Numbered from the stretch's first letter, positions 17,933-29,578 are shown. The stretch: 42,813 bases of DNA from a bacterium (GCA_049472355.1 JBLIRP010000025.1:1-42813); one strand, 5' to 3'. Numbers and translations are program-made. Notes: generated from the sequence alone by a model not told the origin.

Positions 17933-18124
17933 GGCCGCCCCCAAAAACCACCCTCACCAGCCGCCGTTTCCTTTTCAATTACCCATAGAGCCCGCTCATC
18001 AATGGATCAGTCATGAAATCGGATACACCAAGGACGCGAGTCGGAGACCTTCTCAAGACGGATGGAAGCGTGTAACGCAAAGATTTACAAGGATGAGAGC
18101 GGCGGGGTGAAGGCCGGATTGTGA

Positions 18125-18970
18125 TCAGCCCACTACGGCCCTTTCGCCGGCCTCTGAGCGGTTCTGCGCCATGATGGCCATGCCTTCCTCATCGGTCCAT
18201 ATGATCTTTTGAGGGCACTTTTCCCAGCACGTGCCGCAGGAGATACATTCAGCCGGATCAATGACCGCCAATGAATCCTCCATATGGATTGCATTGACTG
18301 GGCACTTCTTTACGCATACCTGACAGGCGATGCACCCGATGGCACAGACCTCCTTGACCCTTTTCCCCTTGTCATGGGAGCTGCAGAGTACGGAAAACCT
18401 CTGTGATTGGGGAACCAGCCGTATGATCTGCCGGGGGCATATGGCAACACACTTGCCGCACCCTGTGCATTTAGAGGAGTCGATCACGGGGATCCCCTCC
18501 GGTCCCATAGTGATGGCGCTAAAGGGGCATACCTTTACACAGGTCCCGAATCCCAGGCATCCATAGGTGCACGCCTTGTGCCCCCCCGCCAGCAGTTGGG
18601 TTGCCCTGCAGTCTTCAATTCCGCTATATTCAAAACGGTTCGAGGCATGGTTGATGCCGCCCCGGCAAAACACACAGGCAATCATCTTGGGTCCGGTCTT
18701 TACCTGCAGACCGAGGACCCTCCCTATTTCATGCGCCACAGTGGCCCCCCCAGCAACGCACCCGGAAACGTCGGCCTTTCCTGCCACCACTGCCTCGGCA
18801 AATCCGGAACAGCCGGGGAATCCGCATCCTCCACAGTTCGCACCCGGAAGAAGCGCCTCGACCTCCTTCACCCTGGGATCGACCTCAACGGCAAAAAAGC
18901 GTGAGGCAATCCCGAGGCCGAATGCCGAAATGAAGGCAATCCCTCCTAATGCCGAAATTGCAGCCCACAT
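18125..18970 (-). CDS. rnfB: Rnf complex subunit B (polyferredoxin type)
   Basis: LPGANCGGCGFPGC FeS domain plus four ferredoxin-type Cys clusters; N-terminal TM helix. Confidence 0.93.
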   Translation of the reverse strand: MWAAISALGGIAFISAFGLGIASRFFAVEVDPRVKEVEALLPGANCGGCGFPGCSGFAEAVVAGKADVSGCVAGGATVAHEIGRVLGLQVKTGPKMIACVFCRGGINHASNRFEYSGIEDCRATQLLAGGHKACTYGCLGFGTCVKVCPFSAITMGPEGIPVIDSSKCTGCGKCVAICPRQIIRLVPQSQRFSVLCSSHDKGKRVKEVCAIGCIACQVCVKKCPVNAIHMEDSLAVIDPAECISCGTCWEKCPQKIIWTDEEGMAIMAQNRSEAGERAVVG

Positions 18971-19028
18971 AACAGATTACTCCTTTTCTTGTTATGATAG
19001 ATATTCCTTGGCGTTTTTAAGTATAAGC

Positions 19029-19607
19029 CTATTTCACCAGTCCGGCAAATCCCAGAAATGCGAGTGAAAGCAATCCCGCTGTGATCAATGCAATGGCAGT
19101 GCCCTCGAATGATCTGGGGATCTCGGAAAGGCTCAACCGTTCCCTGATACCCGCAAAGAGAATAAGAGCGAGTGCGAAGCCCACCGATGCACCAAAGGCG
19201 AATACGATCGTCTCGATGAATGTATACGGCTTCTGTACCGTCAATACCGCCACCGCAAGCACGCAGCAATTCGTGGTGATGAGGGGCAGATAAATACCGA
19301 GCGCCTGGTATAAGGCGGGGCTGGTTTTCTGAATGACCATCTCCACAAACTGCACCAACGCCGCGATCACCAGAATGAACGCGATGGTCTGCATAAAGGT
19401 GATCTGAAAGGGGACCAGTATATACATGTATACCAGCCACGTAATGGTGGCGGCCATAGTGATGACGAAGATGACCGCCATTCCCATGCCAACCGCCGTC
19501 TCAATCTTCTTGGATACCCCCAGAAAAGGGCAGATACCCAAGAACCTGGCAAGGACAAAGTTATTGACCAGTACGGTGCTGATAATCAGGAGGATAAATT
19601 TTACCAT
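19029..19607 (-). CDS. rnfA: Rnf complex subunit A
   Basis: [31 protein letters not shown]. Confidence 0.96.
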   Translation of the reverse strand: MVKFILLIISTVLVNNFVLARFLGICPFLGVSKKIETAVGMGMAVIFVITMAATITWLVYMYILVPFQITFMQTIAFILVIAALVQFVEMVIQKTSPALYQALGIYLPLITTNCCVLAVAVLTVQKPYTFIETIVFAFGASVGFALALILFAGIRERLSLSEIPRSFEGTAIALITAGLLSLAFLGFAGLVK

Positions 19608-19660
19608 ATCATTCTCTCCTCACCTTTTCCCCTATCCCCATTCCTTATACGGGGTCCATT

Positions 19661-20257
19661 TCAATAGGCCAATTTCTCGTTAATCTTGTTCATCAGTCCC
19701 AAAAGAAGGCCGAGGGCGACAAATGCCCCGGGAGGAAGTATGGCGATCAAAAAGGGCAGGTATGATTTTCCGAGGAGGGAAAACCCGAATACGCTGCCAT
19801 TCCCCAAAAGTTCCCTGATGGAGCCCAAAACAGTGATGGACAGGGTGAAACCAAGCCCCATTCCCAGGCCGTCGGCAATGGAATTCATGACCGGATTCTT
19901 GGAGGCAAACGCCTCCGCCCTGCCCAGGATGATGCAGTTGACCACGATGAGGGGGATGAAGATCCCCAGCGACTTGTGGATCTCATAGAAAAATCCCTCC
20001 ATCACAAGGTCGACGATGGTCACGAAGGTGGCGATGATGACGATAAACACCGCTATGCGGACCTTGTCAGGGATGATCTTCCGCAGCAAGGCGATGACAA
20101 GGTTGGAGCATACCAGCACAAAGGTGGCGGCGAGCCCCATCCCGATCCCGTTGATCGCCTGGGTGGTTACTGCGAGCGTCGGGCACATGCCCAAAACGAG
20201 TCTGAAGGTGGGATTTTCATTCCACAACCCATTGGCAAAGTCCTTTATCAGGCTCAC
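19661..20257 (-). CDS. rnfE: Rnf complex subunit E
   Basis: GLWNENP..LVLGMCPTLAVT, IPLIVVNCIILGRAEAFA, LPPGAF. Confidence 0.96.
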   Translation of the reverse strand: MSLIKDFANGLWNENPTFRLVLGMCPTLAVTTQAINGIGMGLAATFVLVCSNLVIALLRKIIPDKVRIAVFIVIIATFVTIVDLVMEGFFYEIHKSLGIFIPLIVVNCIILGRAEAFASKNPVMNSIADGLGMGLGFTLSITVLGSIRELLGNGSVFGFSLLGKSYLPFLIAILPPGAFVALGLLLGLMNKINEKLAY

Positions 20258-20859
20258 GCTTGTCCCTCCATCCTCTCAGAAGAGGTACCCTGTATAATCT
20301 CGTCCCTGTGGGCCTGGAATAACTCCAGCCCCTGCCGTATCGCCTTGACAATGGCCCGGGGAGAGGTGGTCGCCCCGGTGACCTGATCGAAGTCGCCGCC
20401 ATCCTTTTTCACTGCGAAGGTTGCATTGACCAGTGATTTCCCGACGAATTGCGACCTGAATTCCGGCAGGGTGACCTTGGCTCCCAGGCCCGGGGTCTCC
20501 GAGTGGCGCACGATCTCCACCCCCTGGATCACCCCGTTCGGATCAAGCCCGAGCATGGCCACGATTTCTCCACCGTATCCTTCGCTGTTGCTAATCTCGA
20601 ATGCCACCCCGCTGATACCATCCCCGGAGAATCCCAGGTACACCATTCTGCTCTCGCCGCTCGCGAGATTTACGGTCACCGTATTCTCATCAGGCTGATT
20701 ATCATGCTCCGGAAGCACCGCCTCAACCGCCTTCAAACGGGCGAGTCGCCGCTGTTCGGCAATGGGCTCCTTGGTGAAGTCATACACCTTGGCAAGGGCT
20801 ATGGCCGCGACAACGCAGACAAGGGTGAGGACGACGATCAAACGCAGTATATCACGCAT
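20254..20859 (-). CDS. rnfG: Rnf complex subunit G (FMN-binding)
   Basis: GYGGEI, HSETPGLGAK, flavinylation motif VTGATTS. Confidence 0.94.
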   Translation of the reverse strand: MRDILRLIVVLTLVCVVAAIALAKVYDFTKEPIAEQRRLARLKAVEAVLPEHDNQPDENTVTVNLASGESRMVYLGFSGDGISGVAFEISNSEGYGGEIVAMLGLDPNGVIQGVEIVRHSETPGLGAKVTLPEFRSQFVGKSLVNATFAVKKDGGDFDQVTGATTSPRAIVKAIRQGLELFQAHRDEIIQGTSSERMEGQA

Positions 20860-21829
20860 CCCGGTTGACCCTCCCGTACCTTTTCGGCCTTGTGTATTGA
20901 TCGATGAGAGGGGTTGCGGCGTTCATGAGCAGGATGGAGAATGACACCCCCTCCGGATACCCCCCGAAAAGTCGTATGATACCTGTCAGAAGACCGCATC
21001 CCACCCCAAAAATGATCTGCCCCTTTATGGTTACAGGGGATGTCACATAATCGGTGGCCATGAAGCAGGCCCCCAGGACAAGACCTCCTGCCAGGAGATG
21101 AAACAGGGGATTGGCATATTTCTGGGGGTTGGCCGCCCAGAAGATCCCGGTGAAAACCACCACCGTACCCATGTAGCTCACCGGTACGTGCCAGGTCACA
21201 TACCCCTTCCACAACAAGAAAATGAATCCCGCCAGCAGGGCGATGGCCGAGACCTCGCCGATACACCCGCCCACATTCCCGATGAAGAGATCAAAGAGGC
21301 GCACCCCTCCCAGCCGCGCTATGCCTTCCGACTTTAATATCCCGAGGGGGGTGGCGGTCGAAACCCCATCGATCGGGGATATCCATTGGGTCATATGCAC
21401 CGGCCAGGATACGAGGAGCACTACCCTGGCCACCAGCGCAGGATTGAAGGGATTGTGCCCCAGGCCACCGTAGATCTGCTTGCCCAGGATGATCGCCACC
21501 GCTGCACCCACCATGACCATCCACCACGGGGAGGCAGGGGGTAGATTGAGGGCCAGCAGGAGTCCGGTCACTGCCGCACTCCCATCGAGCATACTCGCCT
21601 TGCGGCCCATGGCATATTGTACCGCCCCCTCGGTGAGGATCGCCACCAGGGTGGAGACCACGATCACCTTCAACGCCCCCCACCCGAAGAGATAGATACC
21701 CATGATGGACGCCGGGACAAGTGCGATGATCACCCCGTACATGATCCGGGGGATATCCCTTATTGCATGCACATGAGGGCCGGTGGAAACGAGCAATTCC
21801 TGTGCGGTTGAATCGTGTCCGTTGCTCAT
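20852..21829 (-). CDS. rnfD: Rnf complex subunit D
   Basis: GPHVH, DGSAAVTGLLLAL, KQIYGGLGHNPFNPAL, STATPL, FMATDYVTSP, GGYPEGV. Start moved to ATG 21829, overlapping the rnfC stop. Confidence 0.95.
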   Translation of the reverse strand: MSNGHDSTAQELLVSTGPHVHAIRDIPRIMYGVIIALVPASIMGIYLFGWGALKVIVVSTLVAILTEGAVQYAMGRKASMLDGSAAVTGLLLALNLPPASPWWMVMVGAAVAIILGKQIYGGLGHNPFNPALVARVVLLVSWPVHMTQWISPIDGVSTATPLGILKSEGIARLGGVRLFDLFIGNVGGCIGEVSAIALLAGFIFLLWKGYVTWHVPVSYMGTVVVFTGIFWAANPQKYANPLFHLLAGGLVLGACFMATDYVTSPVTIKGQIIFGVGCGLLTGIIRLFGGYPEGVSFSILLMNAATPLIDQYTRPKRYGRVNRDA

Positions 21830-23163
21830 GGCGCAGCCCCGGCCTTTTTCTTGTTGTTCATGATCTCCTGTTTCCCCAGTTTGATGAGATGTACCATTTG
21901 CCTCCGTGCAGGGCAGATGAAGCTGCACGAACCGCATTCCATACAATCGAAGATATGCTGCTCCTCGGCATCCTCCCATCTCCCCTTCTCACAATAAACC
22001 CCCAGCAGATTGGGCAGAAGGTTCATGGGGCACGCACGTACGCACAATCCGCACCTGATGCACGTGGTGGATTGATAGCGTTTCGCGTCCCTCGGGTTCA
22101 GGAGCAGGACACCTGAGGTGCCTTTGATCACAGGGGCATCGAGGCTGTATTGGGCAATGCCCATCATCGGACCGCCCATGATGACCTTGCCCAGGGAATC
22201 AGTCAACCCTCCGCACAGGCCTATCAGGTCGCGGAAGGTGGCGCCGAGGCGGACCCTCAGATTCTTGGGATCCTTCACCCCCGATCCGGTCACGGTGAGC
22301 ACCCGTTCGACGAGGGGCCTGCCTTCCCGAACTGCCTCATAGATGGCAGCGCAGGTCCCTGCATTCTGAACCACCACCCCGACGTCCATGGGGAGGCCGG
22401 GAGGGGGAGGCACCTCACGGCCCAGGATCGCCTTGATGAGCTGTTTTTCCGCCCCCTGGGGGTACTTCAACCGAAGGGCCTGCACCTGAATCCGGGGATC
22501 ATTTTTGACGGCATCGGACATGGCTGCAATGGCGTCGGGCTTATTCGCCTCGATTCCGACAAAGGCCCTGTCCACACCGAGCGCCTTCATGACCAACGTG
22601 AGACCGGCGACGATCTTCTCCGGCTCCTCCAGCATGACCCTGTGGTCAGCCGTCAGGTAAGGCTCGCACTCGACGCCGTTGACAATAACGGTGTCAATTG
22701 TTTTCTCCTTGGGAGGCGAGAGCTTGACCGCCGTCGGAAACGCCGCACCCCCGAGCCCCACAATCCCCGCATTCCTTATTCTCTCCACGATCTCCTTCGG
22801 CTCCAGTCTCGTATAGCCGGGATCATCCTTGATGGTCGCATCCCATTCATCCTTACCGTCGGATTCAATGGTGACCGCACACGAGGGCTTTCCCAGGGGA
22901 TGGGGGGCATCACCCACCGCAGTGACGGTCCCGGAGACCGGGGCGTGCACCGGGGCGGAGACAAACCCTGTAGCCCGGCCGATGACCTGACCGGTTTTGA
23001 CCCTTTCACCTACCGCGACCGCCGGTTCGCATGGCGCGCCGATGTGCTGCGACATCGGGCAGATCACCACGCCGGGCAGAGGGGCCTTCTCTATCCCTTT
23101 ACTGCGCGTTCGAGCCTTTTCATCGTGCGGGTGCACCCCGCCGGGAAATGTTTTAAGTCTCAT
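21826..23163 (-). CDS. rnfC: Rnf complex subunit C
   Basis: [68 protein letters not shown]. Confidence 0.96.
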   Translation of the reverse strand: MRLKTFPGGVHPHDEKARTRSKGIEKAPLPGVVICPMSQHIGAPCEPAVAVGERVKTGQVIGRATGFVSAPVHAPVSGTVTAVGDAPHPLGKPSCAVTIESDGKDEWDATIKDDPGYTRLEPKEIVERIRNAGIVGLGGAAFPTAVKLSPPKEKTIDTVIVNGVECEPYLTADHRVMLEEPEKIVAGLTLVMKALGVDRAFVGIEANKPDAIAAMSDAVKNDPRIQVQALRLKYPQGAEKQLIKAILGREVPPPPGLPMDVGVVVQNAGTCAAIYEAVREGRPLVERVLTVTGSGVKDPKNLRVRLGATFRDLIGLCGGLTDSLGKVIMGGPMMGIAQYSLDAPVIKGTSGVLLLNPRDAKRYQSTTCIRCGLCVRACPMNLLPNLLGVYCEKGRWEDAEEQHIFDCMECGSCSFICPARRQMVHLIKLGKQEIMNNKKKAGAAP

Positions 23164-23695
23164 GTGCTTCACCATGTTTGATAAGGGGGATCCCTGCCTC
23201 TTGCAACATCCTCGATGCAAGGGGATCGGGATACCCCTCTTCGTACACGATCTCCTTTATTTGGGCGTTTATGAGCATCTTTGCGCAGACCACACAAGGC
23301 AGGTGGGTGGAGTAGAGGGTGGCGTCCCGTATCGAAACCCCATAGAGGGCCGCCTGAATGATGGCATTCTGTTCTGCATGGAGGCCGCGGCACAGTTCAT
23401 GCCGCTCTCCCGGCGGGACACCCCTTTCCTTTCTGATACAGCCGACATCTTCACAATGGGGGACACCGGAGGGCGCCCCGTTGTATCCGGTTGCCAGGAT
23501 ATGCCGGTCCTTCACCAGGATTGCACCGACATGACGGCGGCAGCAGGTGGACCTGCCCGCCACCAGATGGGTGATGCCCATGAAATAGTCCGCCCAACTC
23601 GGGCGAAGGATGGGATCAGGGGATAAATGAGGGGATGCCGGCTCACCGCAGGCGGCGTTTATCTGGAATTGACTGCTCTTGACCCTTCCTTTCAC
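23153..23695 (-). CDS. dCMP deaminase / ComEB family; start uncertain
   Basis: [39 protein letters not shown] Zn motifs. Confidence 0.92.
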   Translation of the reverse strand: MKGRVKSSQFQINAACGEPASPHLSPDPILRPSWADYFMGITHLVAGRSTCCRRHVGAILVKDRHILATGYNGAPSGVPHCEDVGCIRKERGVPPGERHELCRGLHAEQNAIIQAALYGVSIRDATLYSTHLPCVVCAKMLINAQIKEIVYEEGYPDPLASRMLQEAGIPLIKHGEAHET

Positions 23696-23773
23696 GGCAA
23701 CCTATTCACTCCAGCAGATATGATTTTCAGAAGAACCGCTCGTAAATCAGGTACCGAACAAAGGCACCACGCT

Positions 23774-23801
23774 ATTATATGGATTTTTTGCCATATGTCA
23801 A
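23774..23801 (-). promoter_or_regulatory. sigma70 promoter for deaminase-rnfCDGEAB
   Basis: Minus strand TTGACA-N16-TATAAT; the -35 lies inside an inverted repeat GCCATAT-N5-ATATGGC. Confidence 0.7.
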
Positions 23802-23818
23802 ATATGGCCAAAAAGCAC

Positions 23819-25066
23819 TCATGAAGAGGGGTACAGGGGAAAGCGGCTGCAAAGTCGTGAGACCTCGTCCCGGACCGCTGCTAATACCTGTTTATCCCCT
23901 GTGCTCCGAAGTACACGATCGATGAGTCCGGCTATGGCCTTCATCTCCGGTTCCTTCATTCCTCTGGTAGTGACTGCGGGCGTTCCGATACGTATACCGC
24001 TGGCGATGCTCGCCTCACGCTCGTCAAAGGGGATCTGGTTTTTATTGACACTGATTCCGGCCGCATCCAGGGCCTCCTCGGCATCCCTTCCGGTAATCCC
24101 CTGGGATCTCAGGTCCGCCAGTATGAGATGGTTGTCGGTGCCCCCTGATACCAGCCGGTATCCAAGCGAGCAAAGCCCTTCGGCGAGTGCCCTGGCGTTG
24201 AGCACGATCTGCCGCTGGTAGGAGCGGAATTCGGCGGTCAGGGCCTCCTTGAAGCATACCGCCTTCGCGGCAATCACGTGCATCAGGGGTCCTCCCTGCG
24301 ATCCGGGAAACACCGCCTTGTCGATCATCCCGGCATATCGCTTCGGGCAGAGTATCATCCCCCCCCGGGGGCCGCGTAGTGTCTTGTGGGTGGTGGTGGT
24401 TACCACATCGCAATAGGGGATGGGGCTGGGGTGCTCGCCGGCCACCACAAGGCCGGCGATATGGGCGATATCCGCCATGAGTAAGGCCCCGCATTCATCG
24501 GCGATCCGTCGGAATGCGGCGAAATCGATCAGCCGCGGATAGGCGCTCGCCCCGACGATGATCATCCTCGGCTTAGCCTCACGGGCCTGGCGTGCAATGT
24601 CATCAAGATCGAGGGTCTCCGTATCCCGGGATACGCCGTAGGGTGAGTTATCGTAAAGCATCCCCGAGATATTGACCGTGCTTCCGTGGGTCAGGTGCCC
24701 CCCATGGCTGAGCCGCATCCCCATAATCCGGTCACCCGGTTTCAGGAAGGCGAGATAGGCGGCGATGTTGGCCTGAGTACCGGAGTGGGGCTGCACGTTT
24801 GCATGTTCGGCGCCGAACAGGTCCCTGGCCCTCTCCACGGCCAATGATTCGGCCATGTCCACGTAGGTGCATCCCCCGTAATACCTGCGGCCGGGATATC
24901 CCTCTGCGTATTTGTTGGTGAGCAGGGATCCCTGGGCATCCATCACGGCGGGGCTGGTAAAATTCTCCGATGCGATCAACTCCAGGGTGGTATTCACCCG
25001 GTGGCGCTCACTGGCGATCACCTCATAAACTTGGGGGTCCAGATCCTTCAACAATTGGTGAACCAT
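23819..25066 (-). CDS. glyA: Serine hydroxymethyltransferase
   Basis: [39 protein letters not shown]. Confidence 0.98.
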   Translation of the reverse strand: MVHQLLKDLDPQVYEVIASERHRVNTTLELIASENFTSPAVMDAQGSLLTNKYAEGYPGRRYYGGCTYVDMAESLAVERARDLFGAEHANVQPHSGTQANIAAYLAFLKPGDRIMGMRLSHGGHLTHGSTVNISGMLYDNSPYGVSRDTETLDLDDIARQAREAKPRMIIVGASAYPRLIDFAAFRRIADECGALLMADIAHIAGLVVAGEHPSPIPYCDVVTTTTHKTLRGPRGGMILCPKRYAGMIDKAVFPGSQGGPLMHVIAAKAVCFKEALTAEFRSYQRQIVLNARALAEGLCSLGYRLVSGGTDNHLILADLRSQGITGRDAEEALDAAGISVNKNQIPFDEREASIASGIRIGTPAVTTRGMKEPEMKAIAGLIDRVLRSTGDKQVLAAVRDEVSRLCSRFPLYPSS

Positions 25067-25067
25067 C

Positions 25068-25556
25068 TCAGGCCGTATTCCCTTCGAGACGATCGATCTG
25101 TTTCAACCTGGCGGCATGCCTCCCTTCGCCGGAAAATTCCGTATGCAGCCATACCCGGAGCATCTCTTCGGCCAGGCCCTTCCCGAGGGTCCTTCCCCCC
25201 AGGACCAGGATATTCGCATTGTTGTGTTCGCGGCTCATCCGGGCCGTATAGAGGTCATGGCAGAGGGCGGCTCGCACCCCGCGAAACCGGTTTGCGGCGA
25301 TGGACATCCCGATGCCCGTACCGCAGATAAGGATGCCGCGCCCGATCCTTCCTTCGCTGACGGATCGAGCCAGGCTGATGCCGATGGCCGGGTAATCGCA
25401 TCGCTCGGGGGTATGGCAGCCGAAGTCCTCGACCGCGAACCCCTCCCGTGTCAGAATCCCCTTGAGGTGCTCCTTGAGATCCCATCCGCCATGATCACTC
25501 CCGATGGCAATGACCTCTTTTGCTTGTTCTTTTCCGCGCAATTCGTCATGTCCCAT
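25068..25556 (-). CDS. rpiB: Ribose-5-phosphate isomerase B
   Basis: [43 protein letters not shown]. Confidence 0.95.
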   Translation of the reverse strand: MGHDELRGKEQAKEVIAIGSDHGGWDLKEHLKGILTREGFAVEDFGCHTPERCDYPAIGISLARSVSEGRIGRGILICGTGIGMSIAANRFRGVRAALCHDLYTARMSREHNNANILVLGGRTLGKGLAEEMLRVWLHTEFSGEGRHAARLKQIDRLEGNTA

Positions 25557-25706
25557 AAAAAAAGGGGTTGGACGCGTCACTGACAACCAACCCCCTGTAT
25601 GAATGAAATTCAGGGTATCATGAATGATTCAGATTAACTACACCGTACTATATACAATCGGTATGCGGGCATTCCCTGGATACCGAATCTATATTTTGGT
25701 CGCCTG

Positions 25707-26180
25707 CTACTTGGGCGCCTGCTCCGGATGACACCAGATGCAAAAGGCCTGGGTATTACCCGCCGAGACCATGGGCCCCCTGAGATACATATAGTTTGGA
25801 TTGGAAGGGTGGGGATCATGACACCCCATGCAAGTAAGATTTTCTTCCTCGCCCTTGAAGCCTTTTGCCTCTGCAGGAAGTGTTACCTTCACGGGGGTGA
25901 TGCCGCACGGATGGGTGCTTTCCATGGCCACGGGACGATACCCCAAACCATTGGGCTCTTCGGCATGGCAGGCCATGCAGATGGAGTCGATCCGCCCCAG
26001 CGGAGTCCCCGTCGCAGGATTGATGGTGGTGATATCAGGCTTGGTAGTGAGCAGCCCGGGTCCTACGGCCGCATGGGCGCCGTGACAGAGGGCGCACTCC
26101 TCGTGACCTTCACCTGCAAATACGAGGACGGGGATCAACATGAGAACCAGAATAACGATATACAGGGAATATTTCTTCAT
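25707..26180 (-). CDS. Periplasmic tetraheme cytochrome c (paired-CxxCH type)
   Basis: Signal peptide; CALCH, CMACH, CMGCHDPH, CIWCH; RBS AGGAGG. Confidence 0.88.
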   Translation of the reverse strand: MKKYSLYIVILVLMLIPVLVFAGEGHEECALCHGAHAAVGPGLLTTKPDITTINPATGTPLGRIDSICMACHAEEPNGLGYRPVAMESTHPCGITPVKVTLPAEAKGFKGEEENLTCMGCHDPHPSNPNYMYLRGPMVSAGNTQAFCIWCHPEQAPK

Positions 26181-26221
26181 CCATTACACCTCCTTTCTCG
26201 GGTGAATGACCAACTATGAGA

Positions 26222-26251
26222 ATAATAAATGACCAGCCTACATTTTGTCAA
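26222..26251 (-). promoter_or_regulatory. sigma70 promoter of the tetraheme cytochrome
   Basis: Minus strand TTGACA-N18-TATTAT. Confidence 0.55.
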
Positions 26252-26297
26252 GGAAAAGGGGGTAAACATGGATGTCCACTATTGCACAAGGCCGAAA

Positions 26298-27371
26298 TCA
26301 GGATTGCTTGGGAAGGGGGCCTTCGGCCGGCATGTCCCCCTTTTCCAAAACCTTGTACTCTTCGGGAACCGATGCCTTGATCTCACGAAAGCTGAGCTGT
26401 TCCCGGGAGAGGTAAAAGAGCCCCAGCGTGACAACGGGGATGATGCAGGCGGCATGGTGTACGATGGCAAAGGTCTTTGCGACATGGGCATTGATTCCGA
26501 GAAGGATAAGGGCTTCCGAGCTAGCCAGATGGAACGTGCCGACAAAACCGGGTGATGAGGGGAGCATGACCACGACCGCCACCACCACCATGATCAAAAT
26601 GGCGCTCAAAAAATCAAGCCGGATGGAGAATGCAGGGAAAAGCAGATAGATTCCGAATGCGGTGAGCATCCACAGCAGTATGGAGTAGATGCCAATCGAG
26701 AGGATGTGCCGGCCCCGCTTGAGTGATTCCAGGCCGGAGAGAAACGCCCGGTACAGCACCTCGATCCGCTTGATCATCTCCGCCGGAAGATACCGAAAAA
26801 GGGTGAGACTCATCAGGCGCCATACGTGATCCGGTTTCCAGCTCAGGAAAAAAAGGGTGGCGATGACGATCCCGTAAAAAAAAGAGGTGACCCCTACCGC
26901 CCACTTGAGGAAGCCGATGGTTATGTAGCTTCCGTAGTTCTTTTCAGGAAACGGAAATACGGCCACGACGATGATCAACATGAGAAGGAGGGTGAGCCCG
27001 TCAAAGAGCCTCTCGGTCACAATCGTGGCAAACGCACCGGTCTTGGTGATCCCCTCCCGCTTGCCGATCACATAGGCGCGGATGAATTCCCCGGCGCGTG
27101 CGGGCAAGAGGCTGTTGCCCATGAATCCGATACACACGGCGGAAAAAAGGCTGGGAAATCGCACCTTCTTGATGGGCTCCAGGAGATACTCCCATCGTTC
27201 CGCCCTGATGAGGAAGGTGCCAACATTCACGACAATGGCGAGGAGGATGAAGAAATAGTTGGCCTGCCGGGTTGCCGTCCAGACCTTTTTGAGGTCCATC
27301 CCCCTGACAAACAAAAGGAAAAAAAGCCCGCTGATCAGTATTCCCGCCCAAAACTTATACCGTTTCTTCAA
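26298..27371 (-). CDS. UPF0104 / lysylphosphatidylglycerol-synthase TM (flippase-like) membrane protein
   Basis: RAERW.YLL, GFMGNSLLPARAGEFIR, ERLFD, LPSSPGFVGTFH; multiple TM helices. Confidence 0.88.
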   Translation of the reverse strand: MKKRYKFWAGILISGLFFLLFVRGMDLKKVWTATRQANYFFILLAIVVNVGTFLIRAERWEYLLEPIKKVRFPSLFSAVCIGFMGNSLLPARAGEFIRAYVIGKREGITKTGAFATIVTERLFDGLTLLLMLIIVVAVFPFPEKNYGSYITIGFLKWAVGVTSFFYGIVIATLFFLSWKPDHVWRLMSLTLFRYLPAEMIKRIEVLYRAFLSGLESLKRGRHILSIGIYSILLWMLTAFGIYLLFPAFSIRLDFLSAILIMVVVAVVVMLPSSPGFVGTFHLASSEALILLGINAHVAKTFAIVHHAACIIPVVTLGLFYLSREQLSFREIKASVPEEYKVLEKGDMPAEGPLPKQS

Positions 27372-27868
27372 TGCAGGCTCCTTCCGGTCACCATGCCATG
27401 CTCATACCGCCATCGACGCGTAGTTGCACTACCCCATCCCATATCAGCGCATCCTATTAAATCACAAAAGCGATTCCCGGGCAAAACAGGGGTATGATCA
27501 TTCCTCAAAGACCCCGGAGTTCCTGCGCACATCGAAACGTCCCTTAACCGCCTGCTCAATGCATTGCACACATCGACCATACAGCGAGTGATTCCCCTCA
27601 GGTCCTTGAAACAATAAAGATATGCAAAGCATATTTCGCCGGACATACGGCATCCCCCGCCGGATCGGATTCGCAGGCTTGAACCGATTATTTGAGATGG
27701 GAAACAAAGTATTAAATAATAGAGACCGAAGAAAATTGCAGGTCTCGCGGAACCTTGCCGGCAATTCTCATGGTGAATCGTCAGGCAAGAGGCATGGGCA
27801 GACATTGAATAAACATGAGGGAGGGACGTTAACCAATGAACGTAACACCTCAAGGGGGAGGAACAGGC

Positions 27869-29578
27869 ATGATACGAATGAAGAACAACCTGGTTACGAT
27901 AACGTTGTGGTGGTGCCTTGGTGCCATGGCCGCCGTCATCATTGCCGGGGGATGCCGTACACGGATGAAGAAGGGGACCCTTGCCACGGTAAACGGCGAG
28001 GAGATATCCGCACACGAGTTCGTGGAATTCTATAACAGCCGCCCCAGGGTGGCTGACTGGACCTCACAAGGGGGGGCCCTCGATCCCGAGTCGGTCCTCG
28101 ATGCCCTGGTGGAAAAGATCCTGATGGAGCAGGAGGCGCGAAGAATGGGCCTGGCGTCCTCGCCGGTTCTCGCGGAGCAGGCGGAAAAATTCAAGCAGCG
28201 GGTCATGGTGAACGTCTTTATCCAGAAACGCTTCGATCCCCAGGTGCATATAACGGACCAGGAGGTCCTGGACAGCATCCCGGAATATCAGAAGAGGGAG
28301 GTCAAATTCGCCCGGATATGTGTGCTCGACGAGGATGAGGCATGGGAGATCAAGGGACTCCTTGATGAGGGGGATGATTTCACCCGGCTTGCCCGTTCGC
28401 GATCAATCGGCGTCGATGCCGCGCAGGGAGGGGTGGGTGATTTCCTGAGCCCCCATCGCGGGATCTACCCCAAGCAGGTCATTGAGACCATATTCACCCT
28501 GCCCATCGGCACCATAAGCGATCCACAGAAGGTCCGCGAAGGGTATGCGCTGTTCAAACCACTCGAGGAAAGACAGCTCAATCAAGGGGAGATGGAGCAG
28601 ATTGTACAGTATCACCGGAGCCTGCTCTTTCGGGAAAAGAAAAACGATCTCATACGGGACCTCCTTGAGGAGGCAAAACTGGAACGGGGGATCGGCATCC
28701 GCCGGGAGGCCCTGGAGCAAATCGCCTCAGGGGAGGTGATTTCCTCCCCCGCTTCATCGAACCTTGTCCTGGCGGATGGTGAGGGGATCACCATCACCTG
28801 GGGAGACATCAGGGGGATTATCCCCCAATCCCCTGCGCAGGGGGCAAAGGCATTGTGGGAGGATCCCAACCTGCTTGCAAACATGGTCGAGACCAGGCTG
28901 AATAAACAGCTCATGGTGCTCGAGGCGGAAAAGGCCGGATTTTCGGATGATCCCGATCTTGCCAAAGAGGTGCGACGATTCGAACAGGATCTCCTCGCCC
29001 GGCAGCTCATGATGTACGAAGTGGAAAGAAAGATCGTCGTTACCGACGAGGATTGCCGAAAATATTATCAGGAAAACCTTACCCGTTTTTCCGAGCCGGA
29101 GATGGTCAGGGCCGGCCACATCCTTGTGAAGGACAAAGCGAAGGCCGACGAGATCCTGTCAAAACTGAAGGACGGAGAGGATTTTGCCACACTCGCGGAG
29201 GCATATTCCGAATATCCGATAACATCCCGAAAGGGCGGGGACATGGGGTATATCAAATCAGGACAAAGCGGCATGGGAAGGGAATTCGAACGGGTTGCAT
29301 TTTCGCTCCCCATCGGAGCGATAAGCGAACCGGTGAATACCCCCTTTGGGTATCAGATCATAACCGTGACGGAGAAACAACCCAGCCGGGCCGTCCCCTT
29401 CGAAGAGGTCCGGGATTCGATACGAAAGGACCTTGTCAATCAGATGCGGAAATCCCTGTTTGATTCCTACCTGCAGGACCTTCGCAAAAAGGCGACGGTT
29501 GCCGTCAACCAGAAGCTATTCCAAACGATAAAGCACGACCTTGCAAAAACGGGTCCGGGGGGGCATGATCAGGTTTGA
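27869..29578 (+). CDS. PpiC/parvulin-type peptidyl-prolyl isomerase (PrsA/SurA-like foldase), two parvulin domains, probable lipoprotein
   Basis: Lipobox-like IAGGC, LATVNGEEI, F..LAR.RS..GG, HILVK..FATLAEAYS..KGGDMGY..F..P..TPFGYQII; ATG follows GGGGGAGG. Confidence 0.9.
   Translation: MIRMKNNLVTITLWWCLGAMAAVIIAGGCRTRMKKGTLATVNGEEISAHEFVEFYNSRPRVADWTSQGGALDPESVLDALVEKILMEQEARRMGLASSPVLAEQAEKFKQRVMVNVFIQKRFDPQVHITDQEVLDSIPEYQKREVKFARICVLDEDEAWEIKGLLDEGDDFTRLARSRSIGVDAAQGGVGDFLSPHRGIYPKQVIETIFTLPIGTISDPQKVREGYALFKPLEERQLNQGEMEQIVQYHRSLLFREKKNDLIRDLLEEAKLERGIGIRREALEQIASGEVISSPASSNLVLADGEGITITWGDIRGIIPQSPAQGAKALWEDPNLLANMVETRLNKQLMVLEAEKAGFSDDPDLAKEVRRFEQDLLARQLMMYEVERKIVVTDEDCRKYYQENLTRFSEPEMVRAGHILVKDKAKADEILSKLKDGEDFATLAEAYSEYPITSRKGGDMGYIKSGQSGMGREFERVAFSLPIGAISEPVNTPFGYQIITVTEKQPSRAVPFEEVRDSIRKDLVNQMRKSLFDSYLQDLRKKATVAVNQKLFQTIKHDLAKTGPGGHDQV

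Noticed and set aside
27368..28015. 215-aa minus-strand ORF in the divergent region
   Set aside because: Overlaps the foldase antisense; no RBS or recognisable motifs.
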